Both the position numbers and the translations under genes were made by a program. Below the pieces are notes generated by a model, which was not told where the DNA came from, ran no database searches, and saw nothing but the letters and a program-made list of their open reading frames with translations. 64,000 bases of DNA, from the NCBI GenBank assembly GCA_030704615.1, contig JAKLZA010000009.1, forward strand, positions 62,001 through 126,000, read 5' to 3'. Origin of the DNA: Takakia lepidozioides (lineage: Eukaryota; Plantae; Bryophyta). This document shows positions 12,732 through 24,934 of this stretch, piece by piece. Every line of letters starts with the position of its first letter. Positions within the stretch are counted from its first letter, which is position 1.

Positions 12732-13502
12732 TTGTTGATGAGAAAGATGTATGGGTTCATCCACCGCTGGCGTGATGAACACGTTCCACCTCCGTCGGTG
12801 GGTAAGTGGGACCCAGATGCTCCATTATTGGAGCCCGCACTGCTCTTCCGCTTCGCATCATTTCCAAAATCTAAGGGCTTCGTAGCTGTCCGAAAGGTCA
12901 TCGGCATCCAAGTTGTCCTCAGGTCCTCCTTTGCAAGGATGCCGTGCTTCCGGAACCGGGACGACTGCCCATTTGGAGGCATCGATTATGCAATGTATTC
13001 GGCCACATCGGGAGACATTGTTATCTGGTACACAGATTACAGAGAAGATACTGGTTCGATTGTGGAAACATTGGTGGCTTTTGAGTATATCCTAGGCCAC
13101 TACGCCTTCGAGCGGGGTGACGATCTTGGTCTGAGGAGTCCGTGGCTCCTGCACATCCTCGATTTTGATTTTCCCAGCTACGACGGTCACCCATGCAGAA
13201 GAAGGCGCACTGCTATGCTGTTGCGGTGGAACTGCTGCCACTGGACATGGGTGGACTCCATCGGATAGACCTATTCTCCTGAAGGAGTGCGCTCCTCTTC
13301 TCCATTGTATGGGGACATTCGCATTGGTGTGGACGACGAAAACGTGAAGATTTCCATATTCGATGGTGGTATGATTGAAGGGCAGGACATTGTGGTGAAC
13401 ACCACTAGGGGCGGTACAACGGCTGCAATCGACTTTACCTGGAGGAGCCCCATGACTCATGAGCTAGTTCTGAGAGCAGTCGAAGTCCCATTGACAACGT
13501 GA
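12732..13502 (+). pseudogene. Cargo protein of unknown function, paralogue 2, with an internal stop at 13266-13268
   Basis: ORFs 12732-13268 and 13287-13502 are in the same frame and together match paralogue 1. Confidence 0.7.
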
Positions 13503-13965
13503 TTTGTATTCAGTAGGCACAGGGCTAAAGATTTGATTGCACAATCAGCACAATAGACGTGCTTCAAATGCAATTCATGTGGATCAATAAAAACCTCATT
13601 GTGCCCTCTTTTTATTCTATTTTGTGTCCATCATTCCGAGAATGCGTCATTGCTCATTTCGTTTGGGATTGGGAGTGTGGGTGGATTTTGCAAGTGGCTG
13701 GTAGGCTGAAATGGGCCCCCATTGTACAGAGCAGTACCACCCTACCATTCGCGAAACATTGCCTTTCAATATATAATTCTAAATAACATTGCCGAACCTC
13801 CTTCATCGGGAGGTCCTTCTCCCCCTATGACCGTGGCACCCTAAACCCTATTCCCGCGGACACTCATTTCCGGAAAATAGTGCTGCTCATGGTTTTTTCC
13901 ACACTTACGACTCTGCTCATGGCTCATGCCGCTCATGGCTCATGGCTCATGAAATAGCAGCCCCC

Positions 13966-14126
13966 GGGCGGGGGCTCGCGACCCCCGTATTTTGGCGACG
14001 CCCTTGTGACTGCAGGGCGACGGCCGGGCGTCGCAAATTCTGCGCCTCTCGCGTGCCCGAAAAGGGCGTTTTCCCAATGCTGCGGCATGGCGCGGGCGTC
14101 GCAAAGGCCCCCTTTTTCCTGTAGTG
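13966..14126 (-). mobile_element. CACTA (En/Spm) transposon terminal fragment
   Basis: Minus strand begins CACTACAGGAAAAA at 14126, followed by direct and inverted GCGACGCCC subterminal repeats; cut by the MULE terminus at 13965. Confidence 0.75.
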
Positions 14127-14735
14127 TTCAATATGCAAATCATGCTGCAATGGTTTGTCATGGATACCACTGTATCCCTTCAACTTATTGACATTGACTC
14201 TTCCCAGCATCTCTTTATTGATGGTTTGTAACATGGCTGTGTTGTTATCATACATCTTCTGTATGACATAAGGTCCTTTATATGGTGACTTAAGCTTAGA
14301 AGCTTTCATCTTTCCCTTCTTCTGCAACCACAGAACCAAATCACCCGTCTTAAAAGTTTTCAGTTTACCTTCATCAAATTGATCCTTCCTCTTCATTTGA
14401 ATTCTGGTCATGTTATCTGCTGCATCAGCACGTACTTCTTCCACATGATATAATTCATGTTTCCTGACTTTAATTGAATCTTCCAATTCCATTCTCCTTC
14501 CCCATTCAGTTCTCATGGTAGGTAACAAGAATTCCACTCGAAGTAAAGCTTCCATACCATAGACTAATTGGAATGGTGTATACTTAGTGGTGACTTTATA
14601 TGAAGTCCTGTATGACCACAAAGTTGTCAACAACTTTGTATCCCAATCCGTTCTATTTGCATTGACTATCTTAGCCAAAATAGTACGTAGTATTTTGTTG
14701 GTGGCCTCTGCCTGCCCATTACCCTCTGGGTAATA
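14127..14735 (-). pseudogene. Integrase C-terminal fragment of the same Gypsy family (third copy)
   Basis: Near-identical to 4495-5103 in reverse (YYPEGNGQAEATNK...KPLQHDLHIE). Confidence 0.92.
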
Positions 14736-16248
14736 GGTAGGTGGAGGAGAATGGGCATATGGCTGCTGTGGGTAACAACCTGGAGGGGGCCTGTATTGGA
14801 TGTGCGGGTTGTAAGGGTCCGCAGCGCCATACTGATCGGGGGTGGGGTAGGCATGTGGGTAATGTGTGTACGGAGGGTACTGTGGAATAGGTCGTGGAGG
14901 TGGTCGTGCTGCGCCCTGGGACTTGTTTGTAGCAGGGTTGACTTGTTTCAACAACCCCCGCCTCGATGGACTGCCCACCATAGCTACAGTGCCTTCGATG
15001 GAAACTCGTCTCTTCCTGGCCTGCACAGAATAAAAACCAATTCAAACATTAAAGTCAATCAAAGCATTCAAATGAAATCATTCAAACTTTAAAAAAACGT
15101 CGTGCACCTGCCATTTTAATGCTTTGATTGTACTCATCCTACTATGAGCAGGTCCTCATCCCCTCAGCCTCATCAGGTGCCCCACACTTTTGTTTACCCA
15201 GCTTGAAAAGTGGGGGCTGAGCCAAATCTACATGGCAAAGCCTACCTAGTGGGGAGACCTCACAAACCATTGGCATGCTTGTATCAAAGCGTGCATACAA
15301 GAACTTGCATCAGTGGGTAGATGGACTCATGTGAATGGATATTGCATTTTAGTTGTAAACATAAACATCACTGTGTATCAACCTCTTAGTAAGAGCCTTT
15401 GACTTTAACCCAAACTGTCTACACGATGAAGGTATAGCGAAAGGGCTTGATTTCCTATCCCATTGTGGGGTTTCACTACCTATATGCTCGGGCATCCCCT
15501 TCCTTGCTACATGCAAATTTTTCCAGCAATGCCACACCTCCCCAATTTAAAATTCCCAAAGTGAGCTACTGCCATTGAAGTGCCACTCACAAAATAGGAC
15601 TTTGCATTGTACATATTACCCAGAATTCCCGAAAGTCTTCTGCAGAGAACTTTCCAAATGTGATTGCATTCAAAGTTGTGCCACGTCCACTACCAGATTT
15701 TCTGTGGCTTCCACCTTTCAACCTCTTATGTGTGGGAAGTGCATTTACATCCTGGAATGCTAAGAAAGTCTCAGACATGTTATGTACATTTGCATGCTTC
15801 CTTCATGCTGATGCTCAACATGTCGCGCACCTCACTTCGGTAAGCTCCCCCCTCAAGTCATAGTTACTTGCTTGATGCACGCGCCTAACTCCCAACCTGG
15901 CCGCCGGGCCAACTTGGAGCTTCGGCTGCTCACCGGGGCATAACGGCCCCCCTTCGATCTCCCAAAGAACCCTCCAACGATTTGGAACCAGCGGAATTCC
16001 CTTTTGTAGTTGGCAGTCCGGAACAGCTCCCCACTCTTTGGTCGCTTTCCGGCTCGCTCGCTTACTCACTAGTTTTTTATCACCAACGGGCTTGCACCGT
16101 TCTCGGGGTTACTACTCCCTATATATACTTCTGTAGCTGTCCGCGGGGGTTTCACAAACAACCATGCCATTTTATGGCGAACCACCACGAACACCCTCGA
16201 CTCCCGGTGATGAGTCACGGTGAGTCTTGGCCCACCCACCACGGCCCC
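14736..16248 (-). mobile_element. Probable PIF/Harbinger-type end with a spliced gene fragment, inserted into the MULE transposase
   Basis: Transposase frame breaks at a TAA target and new sequence starts GGGGCCGTGG; short exon-like ORFs with GT/AG edges (15815-16069, 15587-15778, Pro/Tyr-rich 14736-15026); other end missing. Confidence 0.4.
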
Positions 16249-17026
16249 TAATGCCCAACGCAGACCGACCTCCGAAATTTCAAGCCAATGTCGTTATGGA
16301 TGTTCGATGTTTTTGTCCTGCACCAAGGATGTCCGTCATGTTTCTTATCCATGCCCTGTAAAAGCCCAGCCAGTCCAGTGGAAGAGGTGGGAGGGTTGAG
16401 CTCAAATAGGATGTCCCCATCAAACTGTGCTGGCACGTATTGAACCCGTTGCACAGGAAGGGACTCCCAATCAACAAAACGCAGCTCGCTCTTGCACCCA
16501 GGCACACCTGCGAGGGCTTTCAATTTTGGAATGACACTCGTTATCTCTTGCAATTCGTCATCATCCAATGACGGAGTCTGCACTGGCGGAGGAATCTCAG
16601 AAACATCCTCCGAGGACGAGTCTGAAAGAGTCACGAAGGTAGTGGATGTGCTCACCTCTTGTTTCACAGGAACTGTGCCCTTCTGTTGCACGACCGATGC
16701 TGCAGTGCCAGGGGTAACGACCGATCCTGCTGATTGTCTTCTCTCTTTTCCAAGGACACGGTATGTGCCTGGAAGGACTCTCCATTTCCTTCCACACTTG
16801 CCAACCAATGGTTTCTCCAAGTGCCCAGAATCCAAATTCCCATCCTCGTCATACACCTCTTTTGAACAAGGAGAGAACCCAACTCCAGCGGTAACACTGT
16901 AACCAGCTCATCCTCATGAACAACTGCAAACCCATCGTCGTCTGCAGTGGTAGTCAGTGGAAGAGTACCTGCATTGGAATGGAATCGAGCAAGTGTATCT
17001 CGCTCCCTCGACATGTTTTCCCTCAC
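16249..17026 (-). pseudogene. N-terminal part of MULE transposase with GCM-like DNA-binding domain start (truncated, one frameshift)
   Basis: MDKKHDGHPWCRTKTSN..FRRSVCVGH matches MDREHDGHPWCVTKTTS..VRYVGLC at ~39980-40075, which leads into the DDE core. Confidence 0.75.
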
Positions 17027-17961
17027 TGAACGAAAGTTGCGGAATCCTCGAACTGATAGTCCGCAATTACCGAAAGGGGAATTAAGACAAGCAAACCGAG
17101 GTCAACAAAGGTACCTCCAATCCAAAGGTTGCAGGTGATGCATGCAAAGGATGTAGGGATGAGATGCACCTTCACTTCGGAAACAGCAACGCCAAGAGGC
17201 ACTAACCAGAAAAACTGTTTTGAAATACTACAAGAAGCCGTGCTGTTTATGGATGAAAACAAACACTGAAAACGACATGAAACCAACCATTATGAAAAGA
17301 CGGCAACAACCCTGGAGAGCAGTAAACAAGAAGACCACAAATGTCATGAGGTTGTGTTGTGCCAGAAGAGCACAGCACAAACACTGACACTGCAGAAGAT
17401 ACCTCGCACGAATGCGTGGCAAACATGGTCGTATCCGATAGAACCCTTTATGCCGAATGACCCCATGGCGACGGTAACGGTAAAATGCAAACCACAGGGT
17501 AGGCAGTACAACACACGTGGATGCATATGTGAAGCATAACAATTATTGCGGATCTGCAAGAACTGCTCGAAAATGAACTAGCATTAGATTTCTATGGCAC
17601 ATCCGAATTTGAAAGAAAGCAAGAAGGCCGCGGTGTATTGGCAGGCGGCGCAGTACATCTGACATATATCGCTAGTGCATGCAACGGATGTACTTTTTTT
17701 CTAGCGCTTTATTGCTTGGATAATACGGAGACGACGGAATGGATGAATTCCGTTCGCACACAATAACAACACCCGCATCCAAATATGGTTGACAACGTCC
17801 AATTTTGATTTTGGTTACATGCCATAGCAGCACTTGTTACAAATGTCAAACTGGAGAGCTCTAGAGGCATCGTGGGGAGCCCTTGTTTCCAGCGGAGGAG
17901 GAAGAGAAGGAAGTCACTATACTTCACGAGCTCTAGAAACAGGAATAGAGCCAGAGATAGA

Positions 17962-20900
17962 ATGAGGATGGAAAGAGTGGACGAAGAGGAAAAGGAGGTA
18001 GAAGAGGGAGTAGAGGAAAGTGTGGCGATGGAGGAGCAGGAATCAGCAGAAGAACAGCAACCCGCCATAGTTCCAAGAACAGATGAAGAGGACACCGCAT
18101 CTGAGGGAGAGACAGCCGAGATGGAAGAGGATGTTGAAGGTGGCCTCACGAGGAGTCTGCCTGCGGGAAAGAGGAAGGGGGAGAGGCTCACGTACACGCT
18201 CGGCGCAGAGAGCAGCCCGAAGCGAAAAGGGTCCCCGGCAATTGGGGAGTCTTCTGGAGCAGCCAAGAAAAAGGTGAAATCTTTAAGACCCACATTTGTG
18301 TTTCGTTGCTGATATGAATATAGCCCACACAGGACATCTGCACCAAGCTGAAAGCACCGCAAACTGGAAGCCCAAATAGTGTGCGGCAACGCACACTCTT
18401 TGGGCCTACCAATTTGGTTGATTGTTCAGGTGCAAAACGCCCAAACTTGGGCACTACAGCAGGTTCAATACAACCCAAATTGCAAGCTCAATCAGAGACA
18501 GTTGAGCTGAACATTTCACTGCTGTTTCCGTCTCGATATCGATTTTCCAGGATATTTATGTCAGGACGACAGAACCCTTCAGTGGCAGCTCAAACAGTGT
18601 GCGTTGGCGCACACTATTTGAGCTCTACATGTCACGGTTTTGTCCGTGTTGAATTCGCCCTTTAGGGCACGTTTATGATGACGAAATAACCATTCAGTGG
18701 CAGCTCAAACAGTGTGCGTTGGCGCACACTGTTTGAGCTGAACATGTAAGTGTTTTTTTCCGATTGAAATTCGGACTTCCAGGGCAGGTTTATGATGATG
18801 AAATAACCATTCAGTGGCAGCTCAAACAGTGTGTGGGCACACTGTTTGAACTGAACATGTCATTGCTTTTTTGGTGTTAAATTCGGACTTCCAAGGCAGG
18901 TTTATGATGATGAAATAACCATTCAGTGGCAGCTCAAACAGTGTGCGCCAACGCACACTGTTTGAGCTGTGCATGTCACTGCTTTTTTGGTGTTAAATTC
19001 GGACTTCCAGGGCAGGTTTATGATGATGAAATAACCATTCAGTGGCAGCCCAAACAGTGTGCGTTGGCGCACACTGTTTGAGCTGTACATGTCACTGCTT
19101 TTTTGGTGTTAAATTCGGACTTCCAGGGCAGGTTTATTATGATGAAATAACCATTCAGTGGCAGCTCAAACAGTGTGCGCCAACGCACACTGTTTGAGCT
19201 GTACATGTCACTGCTTTTTTGGTGTTAAATTCAGACTTCCAGGGCACGTTTATGATGATGAAATAACCATTCAGTGGCAGCTCAAATAGTGTGCGTTTGC
19301 GCACACTGTTTGAGCTGAACATGTAAGTGTTTTTTCCGATTGAAATTCGGCATTTAGGGCACGTTTCCGAGGATGAAATAAACATTCAGTGGCAGCTCAA
19401 ACAGTGTGTGCCAACGCACACTGTTTGAGCTGTACATGTCACTGCTTTTTTGGTGTTAAATTCGGACTTCCAAGGCAGGTTTATGATGATGAAATAACCA
19501 TTCAGTGGCAGCTCAAACAGTGTGCGTTGGCGCACACTGTTTGAGCTGAACATGTAAGTGTTTTTTCCGATTGAAATTCGGCATTTAGGGCAGGTTTCTG
19601 AGGATGAAATAACCATTCAGTGGCAGATCAAACTACATGTCACTGCTTTTTTGGTGTTAAATTCGGACTTCCAGGGCAGGTTTATGATGATGAAATAACC
19701 ATTCAGTGGCAGCTCAAACAGTGTGCGTTGGCGCACACTGTTTGAGGTGAACATGTAAGTGTTTTTTCCGATTGAAATTCGGCATTTAGGGCACGTTTCT
19801 GAGGATGAAATAACCATTCAGTGGCAGCTCAAACAGTGTGCGCCAACGCACACTGTTTGAGCTGTACATGTCACTGCTTTTTTGGTGTTAAATTCGGACT
19901 TCCAGGGCAGGTTTATGATGATGAAATAACCATTCAGTGGCAGCTCAAACAGTGTGCGTTGGCGCACACTGTTTGAGCTGAACATGTAAGTGTTTTTTCC
20001 GATTGAAATTCGGCATTTAGGGCACGTTTCTGAGGATGAAATAACCATTCAGTGGCAGCTCAAACAGTGTGCGCCAACACACACTGTTTGAGGTGAACAT
20101 GTAGTGTTTTTTTCGATTGAAATTCGGCATTTAGGGCACGTTTCTGAGGATGAAATAACCATTCAGTGGCAGATCGAACTACATGTCACTGCTTTTTTGG
20201 TGTTAAATTCGGACTTCCAGGGCAGGTTTATGATGATGAAATAACCATTCAGTGGCAGCTCAAACAGTGTGCATTGGCGCACACTGTTTGAGGTGAACAT
20301 GTAAGTGTTTTTTCCGATTGAAATTCGGCATTTAGGGCACGTTTCTGAGGATGAAATAACCATTCAGTGGCAGCTCAAACAGTGTGCATTGGCGCACACT
20401 GTTTGAGCTGAACATGTAAGTGTTTTTTCCGATTGAAATTCGGCATTTAGGGCACGTTTCTGAGGATGAAATAACCATTCAGTGGCAGCTCAAACAGTGT
20501 GCGCCAACGCACACTGTTTGAGCTGTACATGTCACTGCTTTTTTGGTGTTAAATTCGGACTTCCAGGGCAGGTTTATGATGATGAAATAACCATTCAGTG
20601 GCAGCTCAAACAGTGTGCGTTGGCGCACACTGTTTGAGCTGAACATGTAAGTGTTTTTTTCGATTGAAATTCGGACTTCCAGGGCAGGTTTATGATGATG
20701 AAATAACCATTCAGTGGCAGCTCAAATAGTGTGCGTTGGCGCACACTGTTTGAGCTGAACATGTAAGTGTTTTTTTCGATTGAAATTCGACATTTAGGGC
20801 ACGTTTCTGAGGATGAAATAATCCCTCACTGGCAGTTCAAACAGTGTGCGTCAACGCACACTGTTTGAGCTGTACATGTCACACTGTTCGAACTCACCTT

Positions 20901-23900
20901 TTCACTTTTTTCATCCAAAATCGGCCGCATATCTTGGAGTTTACAATGAACACTTACCTGGCACAAGTAGATGTTCAATGATCATTTACATGGCAAGTGA
21001 AACAGTGTGCGTCAACGCACACTGTTTGAGCCCACTTTTACATTGTCTATTTCTGTGGAATTCGGCAACATAGGACATGTCTGTGAGGGTCAATGTACAC
21101 TTACCTGGCAGCTTAAAATATTGTGCGTCAACGCACACTCTTTGAGCCCACTTTCTCATGCCTAAGCCGACGTTTCATGCCTCTCTAATATCAAGTTGAA
21201 TGAACAACCCTGTAGGAGAAGATGCAAAGTGTGGCAGATGAGGTCCCTTCGGGTCAGGCGAAGGAGATAATTGTTGATGTGGACGATGAGTTCTATGAAA
21301 GCAAAGCCGCTGAGATGCTGGGGGGTCAGAAGGTAAACTCTCAGCTTGTGGTGCAAAGTATGCTTGCCCCGGGTGGGAGGTTGAAGATTCCCCTGTGTAG
21401 GTTGGTTTCCATGCGCGTCGTTCGTACACCCCTCGTCAAGGACATTCTCAAGCTGGAGGCCGAGTTTGTGCATGGGTATTTGGATGGATCCGCAGTCTTT
21501 TACGTTTCTACTAGGGATTCCAAAGGTAATGAGCTCCTCGTGGATCAGTCAATCGTGGACTCCTGGGACCCCATTTGGAGACAGCTGAACGAATCCTTCG
21601 AACTTCTTCTCTCCAGGAAACCTTCCACCCAGGCATTCTCGGGAAAGATGTTTCACGTTTGGGATGGGAACCACCGCTTGCTTGCATGGATGGCTGTCAT
21701 TGGGAGGCTGCACTCACAGGAGGAAGAGTGGCATTACTCTGTTCGATCGATGGTGCTGGATTGTGACGGGAACATGATGGGTCTTCTGACGGCAATGAAT
21801 GATGTGAACAGGTTGGTTTCTCATTCTACATGTTCCACTTGTGGTTCCGTTCTTCTTTGATTGAAGACCTTGAATTTCATTCTGACTTACAGATATCATT
21901 CTGCAGAGGAACGGAGACATCGCATGTCAAAACGAGTTTGGTTCACACACTGTATAGGATACAAAGGATAGGGCAGATGCCCTTGACCAACTTCAAGACC
22001 ATCCTTTCAGCAGAGATGTACAAGAAGTGCGAAAGCTCCAAGACATCGAAACGTGGTACTCGTTGACCCGTGAGGCTTTCATGGAGTACATGTACACGGT
22101 GAGATACATCTTCCTTCATCTGGTCTTCCATATTCCACATGTTTGTTTCTGTTTGTTTCCCTTGACCTTGTGCTGATGCAACTCTCTTGCATTCCCTTGC
22201 AGCAAGACATTGCAGATGCAGGGGAGCGTGGCAAACTGGAATACTACAGCTCTACCCCTGAGGAGAGAAGGACAGCAAAGGGGTTGAGAGTCGCATCCAG
22301 AAAGAGATGACCGCTACAAGAAGGACTATAATGAGTGCTTTCGTGAAGCAGTTGAGAATTGCCGACCCATCATTCGGACCGCAGTTTCTCCTGGAGATAA
22401 AAAACCATTATAACAAGCCAGACAAGCCAGAAATGGCCCAGGAGAAGTTGCAAAGGCTGTCTACCGCCGTTGTGTCTCCAAAACAAAAGGTGAAGTGGCT
22501 GCAGATATGGAACTCCGATCCCACAGTTAGGGATACCCACATGTTCCCAAGGCCGGAGAAAGAGAAGAAGACCCAGCGTGTCATTCCTGTCAGTGACAAT
22601 GTGCTGGACACCTGGCTTCACAAGGCCACTTACTGGAGCCAGGTGTGATGTCCTTCCCTGTGTCACTGTCTTTTCTCTTTTCCTGTCCTTATCTTTCTAT
22701 TGCCTCTTACATTCGCTGTGATTGCTTTTGGTTTCATTCTTGCATTTGTATTGTTTTGCAGTTGGAAGAAAGGGCCAGATCGGTTCTACATACTCAACTG
22801 GCTGACTATGGCATCAGTATGATAGCACCGAAGGTGTCCTTCGAAGCATACATGAGGAAATGGAGAGTGTGGCACTCTTGTTTCTTTAGAGAGTTCAGCA
22901 AGGAGGGTGGCATCAGTCGAACAAATGAGCTGGACCAGCAAGAAAAAGGAGAGGAAGCCTGGAAACGATGCCTTTACAGGTGCACACTCTTGCACTACTT
23001 ATTTGTGCTGTGGTTGCAATGTGTTGTGTGGCATACTGTTTAAGGGGGTCTTCCTGGTGTGATGGAAAAGTTGCCACACAATATTTCCATTGTAAAATGA
23101 GGTTGTCTCTGTTGCTGCAGGTACATAAAGTTTGTTCTCCTGGAAGAGAATTGCCTGGACAAACATCCAGATTTCGTGGACCTGTGGCTTGTCCCTGCTG
23201 GCAACCAGACCATGTTCACTACTGGGATCTTGCATGACTGGGGCCCAGACCATCTTTCTTCTTGTGGTTGGTATTTGGATTGCCCTCCTTCTGAGACCCC
23301 AGCTCCAGAGGTGTCTTTGAGGAGAGAGAATGACCGTATTGCAGCCACTGCCGCAGCAGCCGACCTCGACATTCATGAACGAAATTTGAGGACTCTTGCA
23401 GAGAAGGAGCCTCCCGCTCACGATACCCCAGGTAGAGGAAGAAAGGCAAAGGGAAAAGATGTTGCTGGTGTTGTGGGGAAGGGAAGGGGTAGAGGGAAGG
23501 TGGCACAAGGGCAGGGAAGTGTTGCAGATATTAGCCCTGTGGAGCATGTCCAGCAGACTCCACTGCATGGTAGGGGATCCGGGAGAAAAAACAAGGGGGT
23601 GGTTGATCCCAAGGACCCGTACCATGCAGTGGAACATCCCACGAGGGTCATTCGCCCAACCAGGTTGGAGATGGCCAACGTCGGGTTCCTTGCCATGATG
23701 GAGTCGAAGAAATCTGATTACAAAGGCGAGCCATCACCAGTGTGGGACAGGATTGTGCAGTTCCTCAGCACGGTGCGTGTTCTCTTTGGGTTCTGTGGCT
23801 TCTGTTGTTTTTGTCTGCTGTGGGCATGGATCGTTTCTAAACTTGTGAGAATTCAATTGTATTATTGTTTGCAGGCTAAAATGACCAAATCCAGGGTGAA

Positions 23901-24934
23901 CGGGAAGGAGAAGCCATATGCAGCCGAACTCATCATCTTGGACATCCCTGATGGGTTGGCAGTCCCGGATATCCCTCCATTGGGTGCTTGTCCGGGTTGG
24001 AATGCTTTTGATGAGCGCTACTGGCGGTGGGTTTTCTCCTTTTGCAACTTCTTCCTATCCGATGCAGGTGTTTTGGTGCTCATCCAGTCCATCGACGGTC
24101 GGTGTCGCCGTGCACTTTCCAGCTATTTGAAAGCCTCGGGCATGAGAGTCGTGAAGACATGGAATTGTGTGAACAGCATGTACCTTACGAAGGGGGATCG
24201 CCGGGAGAGATGGTGAGTTTGCCTTCTTCTTCCTCTTCTTGGTTGTTCTACGATGGGGTTGTATAGGTCGCTCGAACTCATATGTAGGGGCCCGATTTTT
24301 TTTTGCTTCTTAGTTCCTTGTGGATGTCATGTTCGCAGACTCGTCTGTTTGAAGCTGTTTGTCTCGTCCGGGTGCATCCACAAACGACTCCGGCCGGCAT
24401 TACCGAGTTTGCCATCACTCATGGGGCCAAGTTCATAGATGACAGGACAGATCCCCCCACGGATGACATGCATCACAACTACATCGACAGCAACGTGTGC
24501 TTGCGAAGGGGGAATGGGGTTCCTTGGAGAGGGGCGAGGGAGAGGAGTCCGGCTTTCATTCAAACGATTGTGGAGTGCTGCACCTACACAGACGCCAGAG
24601 TTCTGGATTTGTCGATGGGCACAGGTTCGTCTCTTCAACATTCACATTTCATGAGGTTTGATTGAGCTTGCACTTTCAGCACTTCCCACCGTTCCGAATG
24701 TGTCTTCAATGTCTTCTTCATTCATTCTATTCCACTGCAGGTGCTTCTTACCACGCTTGCAAGGCCAGTGCGCGACATGTCTTTGGGATTGAAGGGGATG
24801 CTGAGATTTACAAGAACCTCCTGATGGGTTTGGGTGGACACACTTCTCAAGTCCTTCCGAAGCCCCGTCCCGTTGATACTGATACAGAGGAGACTTCTGA
24901 CAAGGAGCTGCACTCCGACTTTGCCTGTGAGTAA
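17962..24934 (+). CDS. ParB/Srx-like domain + beta-class N4C/N6A DNA methyltransferase-fold protein. Proposed exons: 17962-18273, 21216-21811, 21907-22098, 22203-22642, 22762-22979, 23121-23772, 23875-24212, 24339-24624, 24741-24934
   Basis: ParB-like FHVWDGNHRLLAW. MTase motifs in beta order: ELIILDIPDG, ..WVFSFCNFFLSDAGVLVLI, ERSPAFIQTIVECCTYTDARVLDLSMGTGASYHACKASARHVFGIEGD. All introns GT-AG and phase-compatible if three 1-bp homopolymer deletions (~22050, ~22280, ~24195) are corrected. Confidence 0.78.
18370..21150. repeat. ~115-bp tandem array (~22 units, 231-bp higher-order dimer), most units containing the hairpin CAGCTCAAACAGTGTGCG-NNNN-CGCACACTGTTTGAGCTG
   Basis: Directly visible; two alternating spacer types; degenerate units at both edges. 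Confidence 0.97.

Larger units (their letters stand above)
10708..13965. mobile_element. MULE-like element B, terminal part (palindrome array, two cargo ORFs, terminus at 13965); interrupted by Gypsy copy 1
   Basis: Ends GCTCAT-repeats + GAAATAGCAGCCCCC, the reverse complement of the terminus at 35850; its array palindrome is related to the one at 36290-38950. Confidence 0.7.

Noticed and set aside
13838-13851. Telomere-like CCCTAAACCCTA
   Set aside because: Fewer than two units; part of the MULE subterminal sequence
13947-15026. 359-aa ORF as a novel integrase fusion gene
   Set aside because: Chance chimera of an exon fragment, a Gypsy integrase piece, a CACTA end and a MULE end
18729-18745. 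TGTTTGAGCTGAACA resembles bacterial parS (TGTTTCACGTGAAACA)
   Set aside because: Needs a gap and several mismatches and is present only in type-B units; too weak to call
19155-20363. Repeated 66-76-aa ORFs with CPKC
   Set aside because: By-product of the 231-bp repeat
18370-21150. CRISPR-like array (palindromic repeat + spacer)
   Set aside because: Spacers are only two recurring types, there are no cas genes, and the context is a eukaryotic intron
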